NCBI RefSeq assembly: GCF_000143415.4
Contig: NW_003314348.1
Coordinates: 686,062 to 750,061 of the forward strand
Direction: 5' to 3'
Source of the DNA: Selaginella moellendorffii
Lineage: Eukaryota > Plantae > Lycopodiophyta
Length of the DNA stretch: 64,000 nt
Positions within the stretch are counted from its first letter, which is position 1; every line of letters starts with the position of its first letter. The notes below the pieces were generated by a model, which had not been told where the DNA came from, did not search any database, and saw only the letters and a list, made by a program, of their open reading frames with translations. Below are positions 24,921 to 35,898 of the stretch, piece by piece. The translations under genes were made by a program, and so were the position numbers.

Positions 24921-26406
24921 ATGGAGGAGAAGAAGCAGCGACCACACTTGCTAGCAGTTCCATTTCCAGCTCTGGGCAACATCAATCCTATGCTTCAACT
25001 GTGTAAGACGCTCGTATCCAATGGATTTTTCATCACTTTCTTGATCTCAAACAAAAGGGAGACTTTTCTAGCTACTGAGCAACAAGCTACTGGTCAGCAT
25101 TTGAGATTTGTCTACTTACCAGATGCTTTCATTCCAGAAGCCTTCTCCGTCACTACGGTTCCGCTCCAGTTTGTTGCTATCTTGGAAAAGAATCTCAAAT
25201 TGGCGGTGCCAGAGATTATTCGAGATATCATGACAGATGATTCTCTGCCTAGAGTGTCTTGCATACTCACCGACTTAGCAATTACTAGCCTTCAAGACGT
25301 CGCTCACCAGTTCGGGATTTGCAAGGTCTCTCTTTCAACATTTTCTGCTTCGTGGCTTAGCATCGAGAATGGTCTTCTTGTGCTTGAGGAAAATGGACTC
25401 CTGCCGCTAAAAGGTACTTTTTAATCTATTCCACTTGAGTTTTTATTATATTTTTTCAGGCACTTCGAGGATCATAGATTTCGTACCCGGCCTCCCTCCA
25501 ATTTCTGGACTGGATTTTCCTTCGCATCTTCAAGAAGTTCACGCCGTAGATCCCGACTTCTCTCTCCGGTATACCAGAAACCAGATCATACGGAGTGATG
25601 CATTGGTGTTTATAAACTCTTTCTACGAGTTGGAAACATCTCAGCTCGACCAACTTGCTAGAGACACTCCACAGTTTGTTCCAATCGGTCCATTGCTTCC
25701 GTCATTTGCATTTGACGGCCAGGTTGGAGTGGACGAACACGAGCAGGAGAGGTGTGGTTTTTGGACGGAAGATATGAGCTGCCTCGACTGGCTGGACCAG
25801 CAGCCATTTAAATCAGTCATCTACGTCTCCTTTGGAAGCCTGGCCAGTGCTTCTCCTGACCAAATCAAGCAACTCTATACAGGACTCGTGCAAAGTGATT
25901 ATCCTTTCCTTTGGGTGATACGACCAGACAACGATGAGCTTCGAAAACTTTTCGATGATCCAAGTTATGACAAATGCAAGTTTGTTTCCTGGGCTCCTCA
26001 ACTCAAGGTAAGCTTCTTCTTTTACCTCTTTTTCTTGCTTAATATGTCGTCCACACAGGTTCTCAAGCATCGTTCCGTGGGTGCGTTTCTCACTCATTGT
26101 GGATGGAATTCTGTTTTGGAGACGATCGTTGCTGGAGTCCCCGTGCTTGGATGGCCTTTCTTGTTCGACCAGCCACTTAACTGTGCGCTCGCTGTGGAGC
26201 ATTGGAAGATTGGCTCTCGCTTGCCACCGGGTCCAGATGCCACGCTCGTTGAAAAGGCAGTGAAGGATATGATGGGAGAAGCGGGCCAAATGTGGAGAGA
26301 CAATGTCACGAAGCTTGCCATCTCCGCGAGAGATGCAGTCTCTGATGGAGGTCTTTCACATCGAAACTTGGAAGCTTTTAAGTGTAAAATGGAGATTGTT
26401 TCATAA
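24921..26406 (+). CDS. UDP-glycosyltransferase (GT1), copy 1, 3 exons
   Basis: PHLLAVPFPALGNINPM, WLDQQPFKSVIYVSFGS and PSPG box WAPQLK|VLKHRSVGAFLTHCGWNSVLETIVAGVPVLGWPFLFDQ. Confidence 0.93.
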
Positions 26407-26454
26407 AACCAGATTTACTTAAACTAAACTGCCGGCAGAAGCTCTAGAGTGGCC

Positions 26455-26725
26455 AGAAAGATTTCCAGCGATCCTGGACCGGAGAAGCGGAAATTCACCG
26501 GCTTTACCTCGCGAAGCCGGCCCAGCCCTGGAATCGACGCGCAAGCTCCCATTCTACCCTAGCCACATTCAAATACAGAGGTTCCTTCGAATATGCGGAT
26601 GCTCTTGATTCCTAGAATATGTTTTTTACATTGGGCCGCTGTTCTTCCTTCTTTGTTTCATCGCTGGTGGGCTTAGCTAGCTCTTCTCCTCATTAGAAAT
26701 GCTTAGTTTGTGGTGTTTCACTGAC
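26455..26725 (-). pseudogene. Orphan copy of exon 1 and upstream region of the ART-like gene
   Basis: Near-identical to about 42862-43200 (AAGATTTCCAGCGATCCTGGACC...CCCATTCTACCCTAGCC...GAGGTTCCTTCGAATATGCGG). Exons 2-4 are absent. Confidence 0.75.
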
Positions 26726-26735
26726 TCCTTTAGTT

Positions 26736-28221
26736 TTATGCCATTTTACACTTAAAAGCTTCCAAGTTTCGATGTGAAAGACCTCCATCAGAGACTGCAT
26801 CTTTCGCGGAGATGGCAAGCTTCGTGACATTGTCCCTCCACATTTGGCCCGCTTCTCCCATCATATCCTTCACTGCCTTTTCAACGAGCGTGGCATCTGG
26901 ACCCGGTGGCAAGCGAGAGCCAATCTTCCAATGCTCCACAGCGAGCGCACAGTTGAGTGGCTGCTCATACAAGAAAGGCCATCCAATCACGGGGACTCCA
27001 GCAACGATCGTCTCCAAAACAGAATTCCATCCACAATGAGTGAGAAACGCACCCACGGAAGGATGCTTGAGAACCTGTGTGGACGACATATTAAGCAAGA
27101 AAAGAGGTAAAAGACGAAGCTTACCTTGAGTTGAGGAGCCCAGGAAACAAACTTGCATTTGTCATAACTCGGATCTTCGAAAAGTTTTCGAAGCTCATCA
27201 TTGTCTGATCGTATCACCCAAAGGAAAGGATAATCACTTTGCACGAGTCCTGAGTAGAGTTGCTTGATATGGTCGGGAGAAGCATTGGCCACGCTTCCAA
27301 AGGAGACGTAGATGACTGATTTGGATGGCTGCTGGTCCAGCCAGTCGAGGCAGCCCATATCTTCAGTCCAAAAACCACACCTCTCCTGCTCGAGTTCGTC
27401 CACTCCAACCTGGCCGTCGAATGCAAATGACGGGAGCAATGGACCGATTGGAACGAACCGTGGATTGTCTCTAGCAAGCTGGTCAAGCTGAGATGTTTCT
27501 AACTCGTGAAAAGAGTTTATAAACACCCATGAGTCATTTTGTATGATCTGGTTCCTGCTATACCGGATAGAGAAGTCGGGATCTAAGGGGTGGACTTCTT
27601 GAATTTGCAAAGTAAAATCCCGTCCAGCAATTGGAGGGAGGCCAGGTACGAAATCAATGATCCTCGAAGTGCCTAAAAATTAATTTAAAGAAAAAATCAA
27701 CTCAGACTGGAATAAAAGAAAAACATACCTTTTAGCGGCAGGAGTCCATTTTCCTTGAGCACAGGAAGACCATTCTGGATGCTAAGCCATGAAGCAGAAA
27801 ATGTTGAAAGAGTCACCTTGCAAATCCCGAACTGGCGAGCGACGTCTTGAAGGCTAGTAATTACTACGTCGGTGAGTATGCAAGACACTCGAGGCAGAGA
27901 AGGATCTGCCATGACATCTTGAATAATTTCTGGCACCGCCAATTTGAGATTTTTCTCCAGAATAGCAGTAAACTCGAGCAGAACCGTAGAGGCGGATATG
28001 ACTCCTGGAAGCAAATTATCGGGTAAGTAGACAAATCGCAAGTGCTGGCCTGTAGCTCGTTGCTCTGTAGCTATAAAATTCTCCCTTTTGTATGAGACCA
28101 AGAAAGTGATGAAAAATCCACTGGATGCGAGCCTCTTACACAATTGAAGCATAGGATTTATGTGGCCTTGAGCTGGGACTGGAACTGCTAGCAAGTGTGG
28201 TCGTTGCTTCATCTCCTCCAT
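26736..28221 (-). CDS. UDP-glycosyltransferase (GT1), copy 2, inverted relative to copy 1
   Basis: PHLLAVPVPAQGHINPM and a PSPG box ending WPFLYEQ. Same intron positions as copy 1. Confidence 0.93.
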
Positions 28222-29124
28222 AGCTAGACTCCGATGGACACACGTTATGCACATAAAACTAAAAAAGATAGTCTTACACGCCTCTAACGATTAGAAGATT
28301 ACTTTGAAAACTAAAACCCTTATTAACAAGAACATTTAAAATTCAGGGGTAGCTGCGCACAGTACCTGTTACTGGCTGTCAACGAGTGAGCATGTGCTCT
28401 GTGACAGAACTGTTCTGGTGGTTAGATGTTCTCAGAATCCTGGCTATAACATTTTTTGATCCAACAGCCACCGATAGTCCGATTAACTTAAAGGTGTTGG
28501 CCTCATAAAGAACTAAGAAAAGATGAAATGAGTACTGAAAATTGTTATACATTGAAATGCATAGTCTATATTCCTATATTTGTTAAGGTTAATAACACTT
28601 TATTAACTATTTTCACATATTCATCATGGCCCGTTAAATAAAACATAATTAATATCCATTACTACATTTGAGAAAAAAAATTCCAATTCATTAGAAATAT
28701 CTTTAAGAACAACAATTGTCTTCTGTGAATGGACCTTAAATTCCATACATAAAAAGGATTTTCGAGATTTCATTAATCTCTTGAGCAACGATCAGAACTT
28801 AAAATACAAAGTGTTCTCCTATCCTTGTTGAGCTCAAACATGAGCCTTGATGAGGTACTGTCATCTCTTAGCATCCCTGTTATGCAGCAAGAGGTATCTT
28901 TCACACCAAGCATCCACGTGTCGTGAATGCCACCATCAATTGAGGTTGCAAGGGGCTCCTTAACTTGCCACAACATTCTAGATTGTGAGTGAAGATTAGC
29001 AACCCACCCATTGATCCTCTGTAGACCAAAGTTCATCAAGCAGCAAGTCCATAGCTTAAAGCCAAGAGGTATGTAGTGATCATCACTTTAGTTTAAGTAA
29101 ATTTGGTTTTATTTCGTCCCAGAT

Positions 29125-31645
29125 ATTCGATCTTTAGCAGAGATTGACATTATCTATCCACATTTGGCCTGCTTCTCCCATGGTATTCTTCATTGCCTTT
29201 TAAATGAGTCCTAATGGCTCTCTCCCTCTGCTATGGAGCCCTCTCACAACCCAGCACTCAGCATTGCCTTTGCCTACTTGCCTCTGGACAGCACTCCAAC
29301 GCTCCATATGTGCTCCTCTGTCCAGCCCACTAGTGCCCCAGCAATCCAAGCCCTTGTGCCTCTTCAGTGCCTTGTGCCTCTACGCCTAGCACTCACCTTT
29401 GCTCTCTCAGCACTTGTGCCAGCATCTCAGGACCATGCTCAACACCCCAACACCTTGCTTAGTGCCTCTGATTGCAGTCTCTACTTGCCCAGCCCTCTCT
29501 CAGTGCCTCTGCCAGCACCTCTCTGCTCATGCCTTGCACCTCTCTCAGTGCCTCTGTTAGCACCCCAGGGCCGCTCTCTGACACCAGTGCCTCACTCAAC
29601 ACTCCAGTACCACTTGGTGCCTCAAGGCAGCCCTCTCTCAGCACCTCTACCAGTGCCTTTAGGCCGATGTCTACTTGATCACATCCTAGTGCCTTGTTCA
29701 GCTTGCTAGTGCTATTATCTTGGTGTTCAGTGCAATGCAGTGCCAAATCTTGGCACCTTTCAACCACGTCCGGTGGCTCATTGTCATCTTCATTGGCGTC
29801 CTCCTCAGCTAGTGCCATTGTCCCAGGATCTGAAGCCCTCAAGGCTCCAACACCATGAAGAGAAGAAGAGCAAAAGCTATGATGGACAAGGATGACTCGA
29901 AGGATGATGATGAGCCACCAGACGTGGCTGAGAGGTGCCAAGATTTGGCACTGCATTGCACTGAACACCAAGATAACAGCACTAACAAGCTGAGCAAGGC
30001 ACTAGGACATGATTGAGTAGACACCAACCCAAAGGTATTGGTAAAGGCGCTGAGAGAGGGCTGGCTTGAGGCACTGAGTAGTACTGGAGTGCTGAGTGAG
30101 GTGCTGGTGTCAGAGAGTGGCCTTGAGGCACTGACAAAGGTACTGAGAGAGGTGCGAGGCATGAGTAGAGAAGTGCTGGCAGAGGTGCTGAGAGAGGGTT
30201 GGGCAAGTAGAGATTGCGATTAGAGGCACTGAGTAAGGTGCTAGGGTGCTGAGCACTCAGCATTGCCTCTACTTGCTTGCCTCTAGACAACACTCCAACA
30301 CTCCATACGCACTCCTCTATCCAGCCCACCAGTGCCCCAGCAATCCAAGCCCTCGTGCCTCTTCGGTGCCTCGTGCCTCTACACCCAACACTCACCTCTA
30401 GCCAGTGTGAAGTGCCCGGCACCTCTGCCTTACATGCCCTAGTGCCTTGCTCAACACCCTAATGCAGACTCTGCTCAGCCAGCCCTCTCTCATAGCCTCT
30501 ACCAGCACCTTCTTGCCTTGCTCAGCACCCTAGTGTAGTCTCTGCTCAGCCAGCCTTCTCTCAACACCTCTGCTAGTGCCTTAGGGCACTCTCTCACACC
30601 AGCACCTCACTCAGCACTCCAAGCCCTCACACCTTTGCCTGCAGCCCTCAGTGCCTCGTGCCTCTACCCTACAGGGTGCCCAGCACTCACCTTTGCTCGA
30701 TGCCTCATGCCAGCCCTCTTTCAGCGCCTCTGCCAGTGCCTCCAAGCCGGTCTCTGCTCAATCACGCCCACCAGTGCCTAGCAATCCAAGCCCTCGTGCC
30801 TCTTTGGTGCCTCGTGCCTCTACGCTCAGCATCACCTCGTGCCTTGCTCAGCTCACTAATGCTGTTATCTTGGCATTCAATGCAGTGCAGTGCCAAATCT
30901 TGGCACCTCTCAGCCACATCCAGACACACCTCAAGGCTCTGATACCATGAAGAGAAGAAGAGCGGAAGCTACAATGGACAAGAATGACTCAAACAATAAT
31001 TGTATATAATATCATAAATATATATACATGATCAAGAGACACACCTCTAGCCTACACCTGGATCAGTGAAGTGGCACTACTGCCACCTAGGATCAATGTC
31101 ATAGAGAGCATATACCTCAACACAATCTTCCAATGCTTCACAGTGAGCGCACAATTAAGTGGCTGCTTGTACATGAAAGGCCATCCAAGCACGAACAATC
31201 GTCTCCAAAAGAGAATTCCATCCACAATAAGTGAGAAATGCACCCATGGAAGGATGCCTGAGAACCGATATATTAAGCAAGAAAAAGAGGTAAAAGAAGA
31301 AGCTTACCTTGAGTTGAAGAGCCCAGGAAACAAATTTGCATTTGTCATAACTTGGATCTTCGAAAAGTTTTCAAAGCTCTGGTCGTATCACCCATAGGAA
31401 AGGATAATCACTTTGCACGAGTCCTGAATAGAGTTGCTTGATATGGTCGGGAAAAGCACTGGCCATGCTTCCAAAGGAGATGTAGATGACTGATTTGGAT
31501 GGCTGCTCGTCCAGCCAGTTAAGGCAGCTCATATCTTCCGTCCAAAAACCACACCTTTACTGCTCGAGTTCGTCCACTCCAACCTGGCCGTCAAATGCAA
31601 ATGACAGGAGCAATGGACCGATTGGAACGAACCGTGGATTATATG
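29125..31645 (-). pseudogene. UGT pseudogene (copy 3) interrupted by an LTR element
   Basis: 31123-31640 is a frameshifted UGT (..[19 protein letters not shown]). Its degenerate 3' tail resumes at about 29125-29207 (CCACATTTGGCCTGCTTCTCCCAT). Confidence 0.8.
29208..31122 (-). mobile_element. Non-autonomous short-LTR retroelement (TRIM-like), internally rearranged
   Basis: On the minus strand, TG...CA of about 175 bp (31122-30948) is followed directly by TGGTATCAGAGCC (30947-30935), the tRNA-iMet primer-binding site. A second degenerate PBS/LTR junction lies at about 29842-29900. The interior is low-complexity and CpG-depleted with no gag/pol ORF. Confidence 0.75.
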
Positions 31646-31649
31646 TTTC

Positions 31650-31838
31650 CACGCTCGCCAGTTCAGGATTTGCAAGGTGACTCTGATTTCGTACCCGGGC
31701 TCCCTCCATTCACTGGACGGGATTTTACTTTCCATGTTCAAGAAGTCCACCCCATAGATCCTGACTTCTGTATCCGGTATAGCAGGAACCAGATCATACA
31801 GAGTGACGCAGGGGTGTTTATAAACTCTTTCCACGAGT
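31650..31838 (+). pseudogene. Inverted internal UGT fragment
   Basis: DFVPGLPPFTGRDFTFHVQEVHPIDPDFCIRYSRNQIIQSDAGVFINSFHE, opposite in orientation to the adjacent copy 3. Confidence 0.75.
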
Positions 31839-31839
31839 A

Positions 31840-32175
31840 AGTTTTGGTCAAGCCCAAAACTTTGATATCTTCCTTGTCATGGAAATCGATCCAAAAGTCC
31901 AATTCTTTTTAGTTTTTTGGAGAAATAGAGGAATGCTCACTAAAGAAAAAAGACACAATGGAAAAAATATTACATCTGAGTCTAGAAAAAAAGAAGCTGT
32001 TTATATATACCTTGCTCGGAGATGGATTGTGGCTACTGGCAGTGACGATGTGGCGCATTGGCAGAAATCGTCCAGACATCCCTGTGCTTTTCACTCTGGA
32101 AAGAAGAAAAAAGAGAGTCCATCAAGCTATCGATCACCAAGAACATATCTTACGGGATGAGAGGGAATGGTAAGA
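31840..32175 (-). pseudogene. Orphan copy of the 3' exons of the ART-like gene
   Basis: Matches about 41818-42142 (TTTGGTCAAGCCCAAAA...GGATTGTGGCTACTGGCAGTG...CACTCTGGAAAGAAGAAAA), with small deletions that shift the frame. Confidence 0.75.
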
Positions 32176-33270
32176 TCAGAGATTATTCTAGATGTCATGG
32201 CAGATGATTCTCTGCCTAGAGTGCCTTGCATACTCACCGACGTAGAGCCTTCAAGACATCGCTCGTTCGGGATTTGCAAGGTCTCTCTTTCAGCATTTTC
32301 TGCTTCGTGGCTTAGCATCCAGAATGGTCTTCTTGTGCTCAAGGAAAATGGACTCCTGCCACTAAAAGGTATGCTTTTCTTTTATTCCAGTCTGAGTTGA
32401 TTTTTTCTTTAAATAATTTTTTAGGCACTTCGAGGATCATTGATTTCGTACCCAGCCTCCCTCCAATTGCTGGACGGGATTTTACTTTGCAAATTCAAGA
32501 AGTCCACCCCTTAGATCCCGACTTCTCTATCATGTATAGCAGGAGCCAGATCATACAGACTGACGCATGGGTGTTTATGAACTCTTTCCACGAGTTGGAA
32601 ACACCTCAGCTCGATCAGCTTGCTAGAGACAATCCACGGTTCGTTCCAATCGGCCCATTGCTCCTGTCATTTGCATTCGACGGCCAGGTTGAAGTTGACG
32701 AACTCGAGCAGGAAAGGTGTCGTTTTTGGACGGAAGATATGAGCTCCCTCGACTGGCTGGACGAGCAGCCGTCCAAATCAGTCATCTACGTCTCCTTTGG
32801 AAGCCTGGGTGATATGATCAGACAACGATAAGCTTCGAAAACTTTTCGAAGATCCAAGTTATGACAAATGCAAGTGTGTTTCCTGGGCTCCTCAACTCAA
32901 GGTAAGCTTCTTCTTTTACCTCTTTTTCTTGCTTAATATGTCGTCCACACAGGTTCTCAAGCATCCTTCCGTTGGTTCGTTTCTCACTCATTGTGGATGG
33001 AATTCTCTTTTGGAGGTGATTGGATGGCCTTTTTTGTACGAGCAGCCACTTAACTGTGCGCTTGCTGTGGAGCATTGGAAGATCGGCTCTCGCTTGCCAC
33101 CAAGTCCAGATGCCACGATCGTTGAAAAGGCAGTGAAGGATATGATGGGAGAAGCAGGCCAAATGTGGAGGGACAATGTCACGAAGCTTGCCATCTCTGC
33201 GAAAGATGCAGTCTCTGATGGAGGTCTTTCACATCGAAACTTGGAAGCTTTTACGTGTACAATGGAGTAT
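32176..33270 (+). pseudogene. UGT pseudogene (copy 4), 5'-truncated with internal deletions
   Basis: Begins at EIILDVMADD. A deletion after SFGSLG causes a frameshift, and the PSPG box is shortened (WNSLLEVIGWPF). Confidence 0.85.
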
Positions 33271-35022
33271 GGACTTCACTTTCGTTGTGCTATTAAGAAC
33301 ATTGGCCATGAGCATGTAGGCCGCAGAGTCCTTGGCATTGAGCCTCTCGAGAGCCTCGAAAGCAATCCTCGCCACCGCCAGGTTCCTCCACTTTTGAGAC
33401 GCCGCAAGTACACTCGTCCAAGTCACAGCGCTGGCCCCCATTGGCATCGATCTGGCAAGCTCCACCGCCGCCTCGAGCTGGTTGCCTCTCCCCAGCAAAT
33501 CCACCATGCAATCGTAGTGCTCCACACGAATAGTGCAAGCTCCATGCTTTGCGCGATCGAGCATCGCATCGAAGTATCTTTTTCCCAGCTCCACAAGCCC
33601 CTGGTGGCTGCAAGCCGTGAGAACGCACGTAAAGCTTATCTCGTCCACCTTGAGGCCCTGCTCTTGCATTGCGTGGAAGAGCTCCAGCACGGCTTTGCTC
33701 TTGCCTTGACGGCTATGCCCCGCGATCAGTCCGTTCCATGTCGCCGAGTCAGTCATAGCCATGCAATCGAAAAGGTGGTGCGCGGAGGCGATGCTTCCAC
33801 ACCTTCCATAAACGTCTACTAGAGAGTTTGCGAGAAGTGGCTCAGATTCTAGCCCACACCGACAAATCCTCGCGTGAAAGAAGGCTAGTTTCTCGATGTT
33901 GGCCAAGTTGCCGCAGGCTTTGAGAGCCGCGGTGAAGGCTTGGGCATCCGGCTGGAAGTCACGCAGGAACTCCGAGAACAAGTCGAGAGAAAGTTGCGAC
34001 TCTCCATTCTCGACGTATCCAGCGAGGAGCGAAGTCCACGAGATTGGAGTGTGGAGCTTCATCCTGTCGAAGACTCCACGGGAATCCAGTAGGCTCCCAC
34101 ACTTTGCGTACAAATCCACCAGCGTGTTGCTCACAACTACGTGCGCCTCGGATCCTTGTTTCAATGCCTCGGAGTCTAGATCCATGGCTTTCTCCAGTGA
34201 CACCACCTTGACGAGGTTTCCATTTACGTCTACGCCAGCTTCTTCAGATGCTAGACTCATGCAGGTTTTAAGCCCAGTAACAAGCGCGCCAACGTCGAGT
34301 TTGCAGCCACTTTCCACCATCTTTGAGAGCAAAAGAAGCCCAATCTCAACTTGCCCATTAACGGCAAATGCAGACACTAGAGCAGTCCAGGAGATTACAT
34401 CTCTTTCGGGCATTTTATCGAAAACTTTGGCAGCGTCCAAGGTGCTACCGCAGGTCCCATACATGTCTATTAAGCTGTTGGCCACGAAAATGTCTATGCA
34501 CCCGCAAGAAACAGCCTTGGAGTGGAGTTCCATGCCTTTGGCAAGAGCCCCGAGCTTCACAAGCTCTCGATTTGATACCACTTGGCCCGTTTCTTTCACT
34601 GCCAGGCCACTACAAGCCTTGAAAGAAGCCACAAAGGTTCTACCGTTCAAAGACTCCACACCCAAACGCTCGGAGACGGACGAAAAGATCTCTAGACAAA
34701 GTTGCTCGTCGCCGTTTTCGGCATAGCCAAGCAGCAACGCGTTCCAGGACACCAGGCTGTGGCACGCCATTCCGTGAAAAAAGCGAGAGGATTCCTCCAT
34801 GCTTCCACACTTTGCGTAGAGATCGACGAGGGAATTCAAGACAAAGATGTCGAGATGGAAGCTTTCGAGGAGCTGAGACTGGACGAGCCGAGCCCTCTCC
34901 AGGCTGCGTAGTTTGAGAAGATTGTCTCGAGTGATCTGTGCATCCTCTTGAGCTGCGACGGAGACGCAATCTTTGATTGTGGCCATGGCTTCTCTGGCAG
35001 CTCTTTTGAATCCTCTCGACAT
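33229..35022 (-). CDS. PLS-class PPR protein with E domain (RNA-editing factor type, no DYW)
   Basis: Repeated NSLVDLYAKCGS / VSWNALL / VISWTAL units, and C-terminal EHYDCMVDLLGRGNQL..MP..VTWTSVLAAS. Confidence 0.9.
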   Translation of the reverse strand: MSRGFKRAAREAMATIKDCVSVAAQEDAQITRDNLLKLRSLERARLVQSQLLESFHLDIFVLNSLVDLYAKCGSMEESSRFFHGMACHSLVSWNALLLGYAENGDEQLCLEIFSSVSERLGVESLNGRTFVASFKACSGLAVKETGQVVSNRELVKLGALAKGMELHSKAVSCGCIDIFVANSLIDMYGTCGSTLDAAKVFDKMPERDVISWTALVSAFAVNGQVEIGLLLLSKMVESGCKLDVGALVTGLKTCMSLASEEAGVDVNGNLVKVVSLEKAMDLDSEALKQGSEAHVVVSNTLVDLYAKCGSLLDSRGVFDRMKLHTPISWTSLLAGYVENGESQLSLDLFSEFLRDFQPDAQAFTAALKACGNLANIEKLAFFHARICRCGLESEPLLANSLVDVYGRCGSIASAHHLFDCMAMTDSATWNGLIAGHSRQGKSKAVLELFHAMQEQGLKVDEISFTCVLTACSHQGLVELGKRYFDAMLDRAKHGACTIRVEHYDCMVDLLGRGNQLEAAVELARSMPMGASAVTWTSVLAASQKWRNLAVARIAFEALERLNAKDSAAYMLMANVLNSTTKVKSILHCTRKSFQVSM

Positions 35023-35129
35023 TCATGATCTAAAATGAAGGTTTAGTTAAAGGAAGAGCCCTAGTTAGAAGATAAAGGTATAAAGTTAAAGGAAGGACCC
35101 TAGTTCTGTGAAATTAGGGTTCATATCTT

Positions 35130-35779
35130 ATGGTGGAGCAGCAGCAGAGTCTCCATGACGCGGCCAGGGCGGGCGACTTGGATGCGATTAGATTGGCGCT
35201 GGCGGCGGATCCGGACGCTGTGAACAAGCGCGATCGCCACTCCCGCACACCGTATCCTTTGTTTCTTCAATCTCTTGCTTTGGTTTCTTGACGAGCCAGG
35301 AATGGGCATCCAGATTGCATCTGGCAGCGTGGGCGGGACACGCCAATGCCGTGAAGCTCCTCTGCGAGGCGAAATCTCCTGTCAACGCCGCGGCGATGGA
35401 TGATATGTCGGCGCTCCACTTCGCGTGTCAAAAGGGCCATCTCCAAGCCGTGAAGGAGCTCTTGGGCAGTGGAGCCTCCATCAATTCGCATTCCAGAAAG
35501 GGGCTCACTCCACTGCACTGTGCTGTCCAGGGCAACCACAGGGATCTTGCAACTTACCTGGTGAGGCGAGGGAGCAATCTCTCCGCCAAGAACAAAGCAG
35601 GGAAAACTCCCGGCGATCTTGCAAGCTCCGAGCTGCGCGAGGCCATCGAGGGCGAGAGCCTGGCTCTCAAGGCCAGGAAAGAGGCCAAGGCCGAAGAGCG
35701 AGCTGCCAAGGTCCAAAAGACCGCCAAAGTCTCTCTCACTCACTTAGAGCAAGAGGATCACGTCGAGCAAGAGGATTGA
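35130..35779 (+). CDS. Ankyrin-repeat protein, 2 exons
   Basis: SLHDAARAGD...RDRHSRTP|LHLAAWAGH, ALHFACQKGH and TPLHCAVQGNH. Intron at about 35252-35313. Confidence 0.9.
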
Positions 35780-35898
35780 AAACATAGGACCGCTCACCTC
35801 GAGCAATACAAGATCGATCGAAGATCACCACTGCGAGTGAGAGGATCACGAGCAAGAGGATTGAAAGTATAGGATCTCTCACCTCGAGCAATACAAGG

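Noticed and set aside
18563-28221. HPAT, aminotransferase-like, OSTC and UGTs as a biosynthetic gene cluster
   Set aside because: No scaffold-forming enzyme; the non-UGT genes are conserved housekeeping types in a compact genome.
29204-30950. Several 60-170 aa Pro/Leu/Ser-rich ORFs on both strands
   Set aside because: Products of the low-complexity interior of the LTR element, with no gag/pol motifs.
32929-33822. 297-aa ORF that looks like a UGT fused to a new domain
   Set aside because: A UGT pseudogene tail running into the antisense strand of the PPR gene.
35743-35897. About 55-bp direct repeat between the ankyrin and PPR genes
   Set aside because: A local duplication of the ankyrin stop region with no sign of function.
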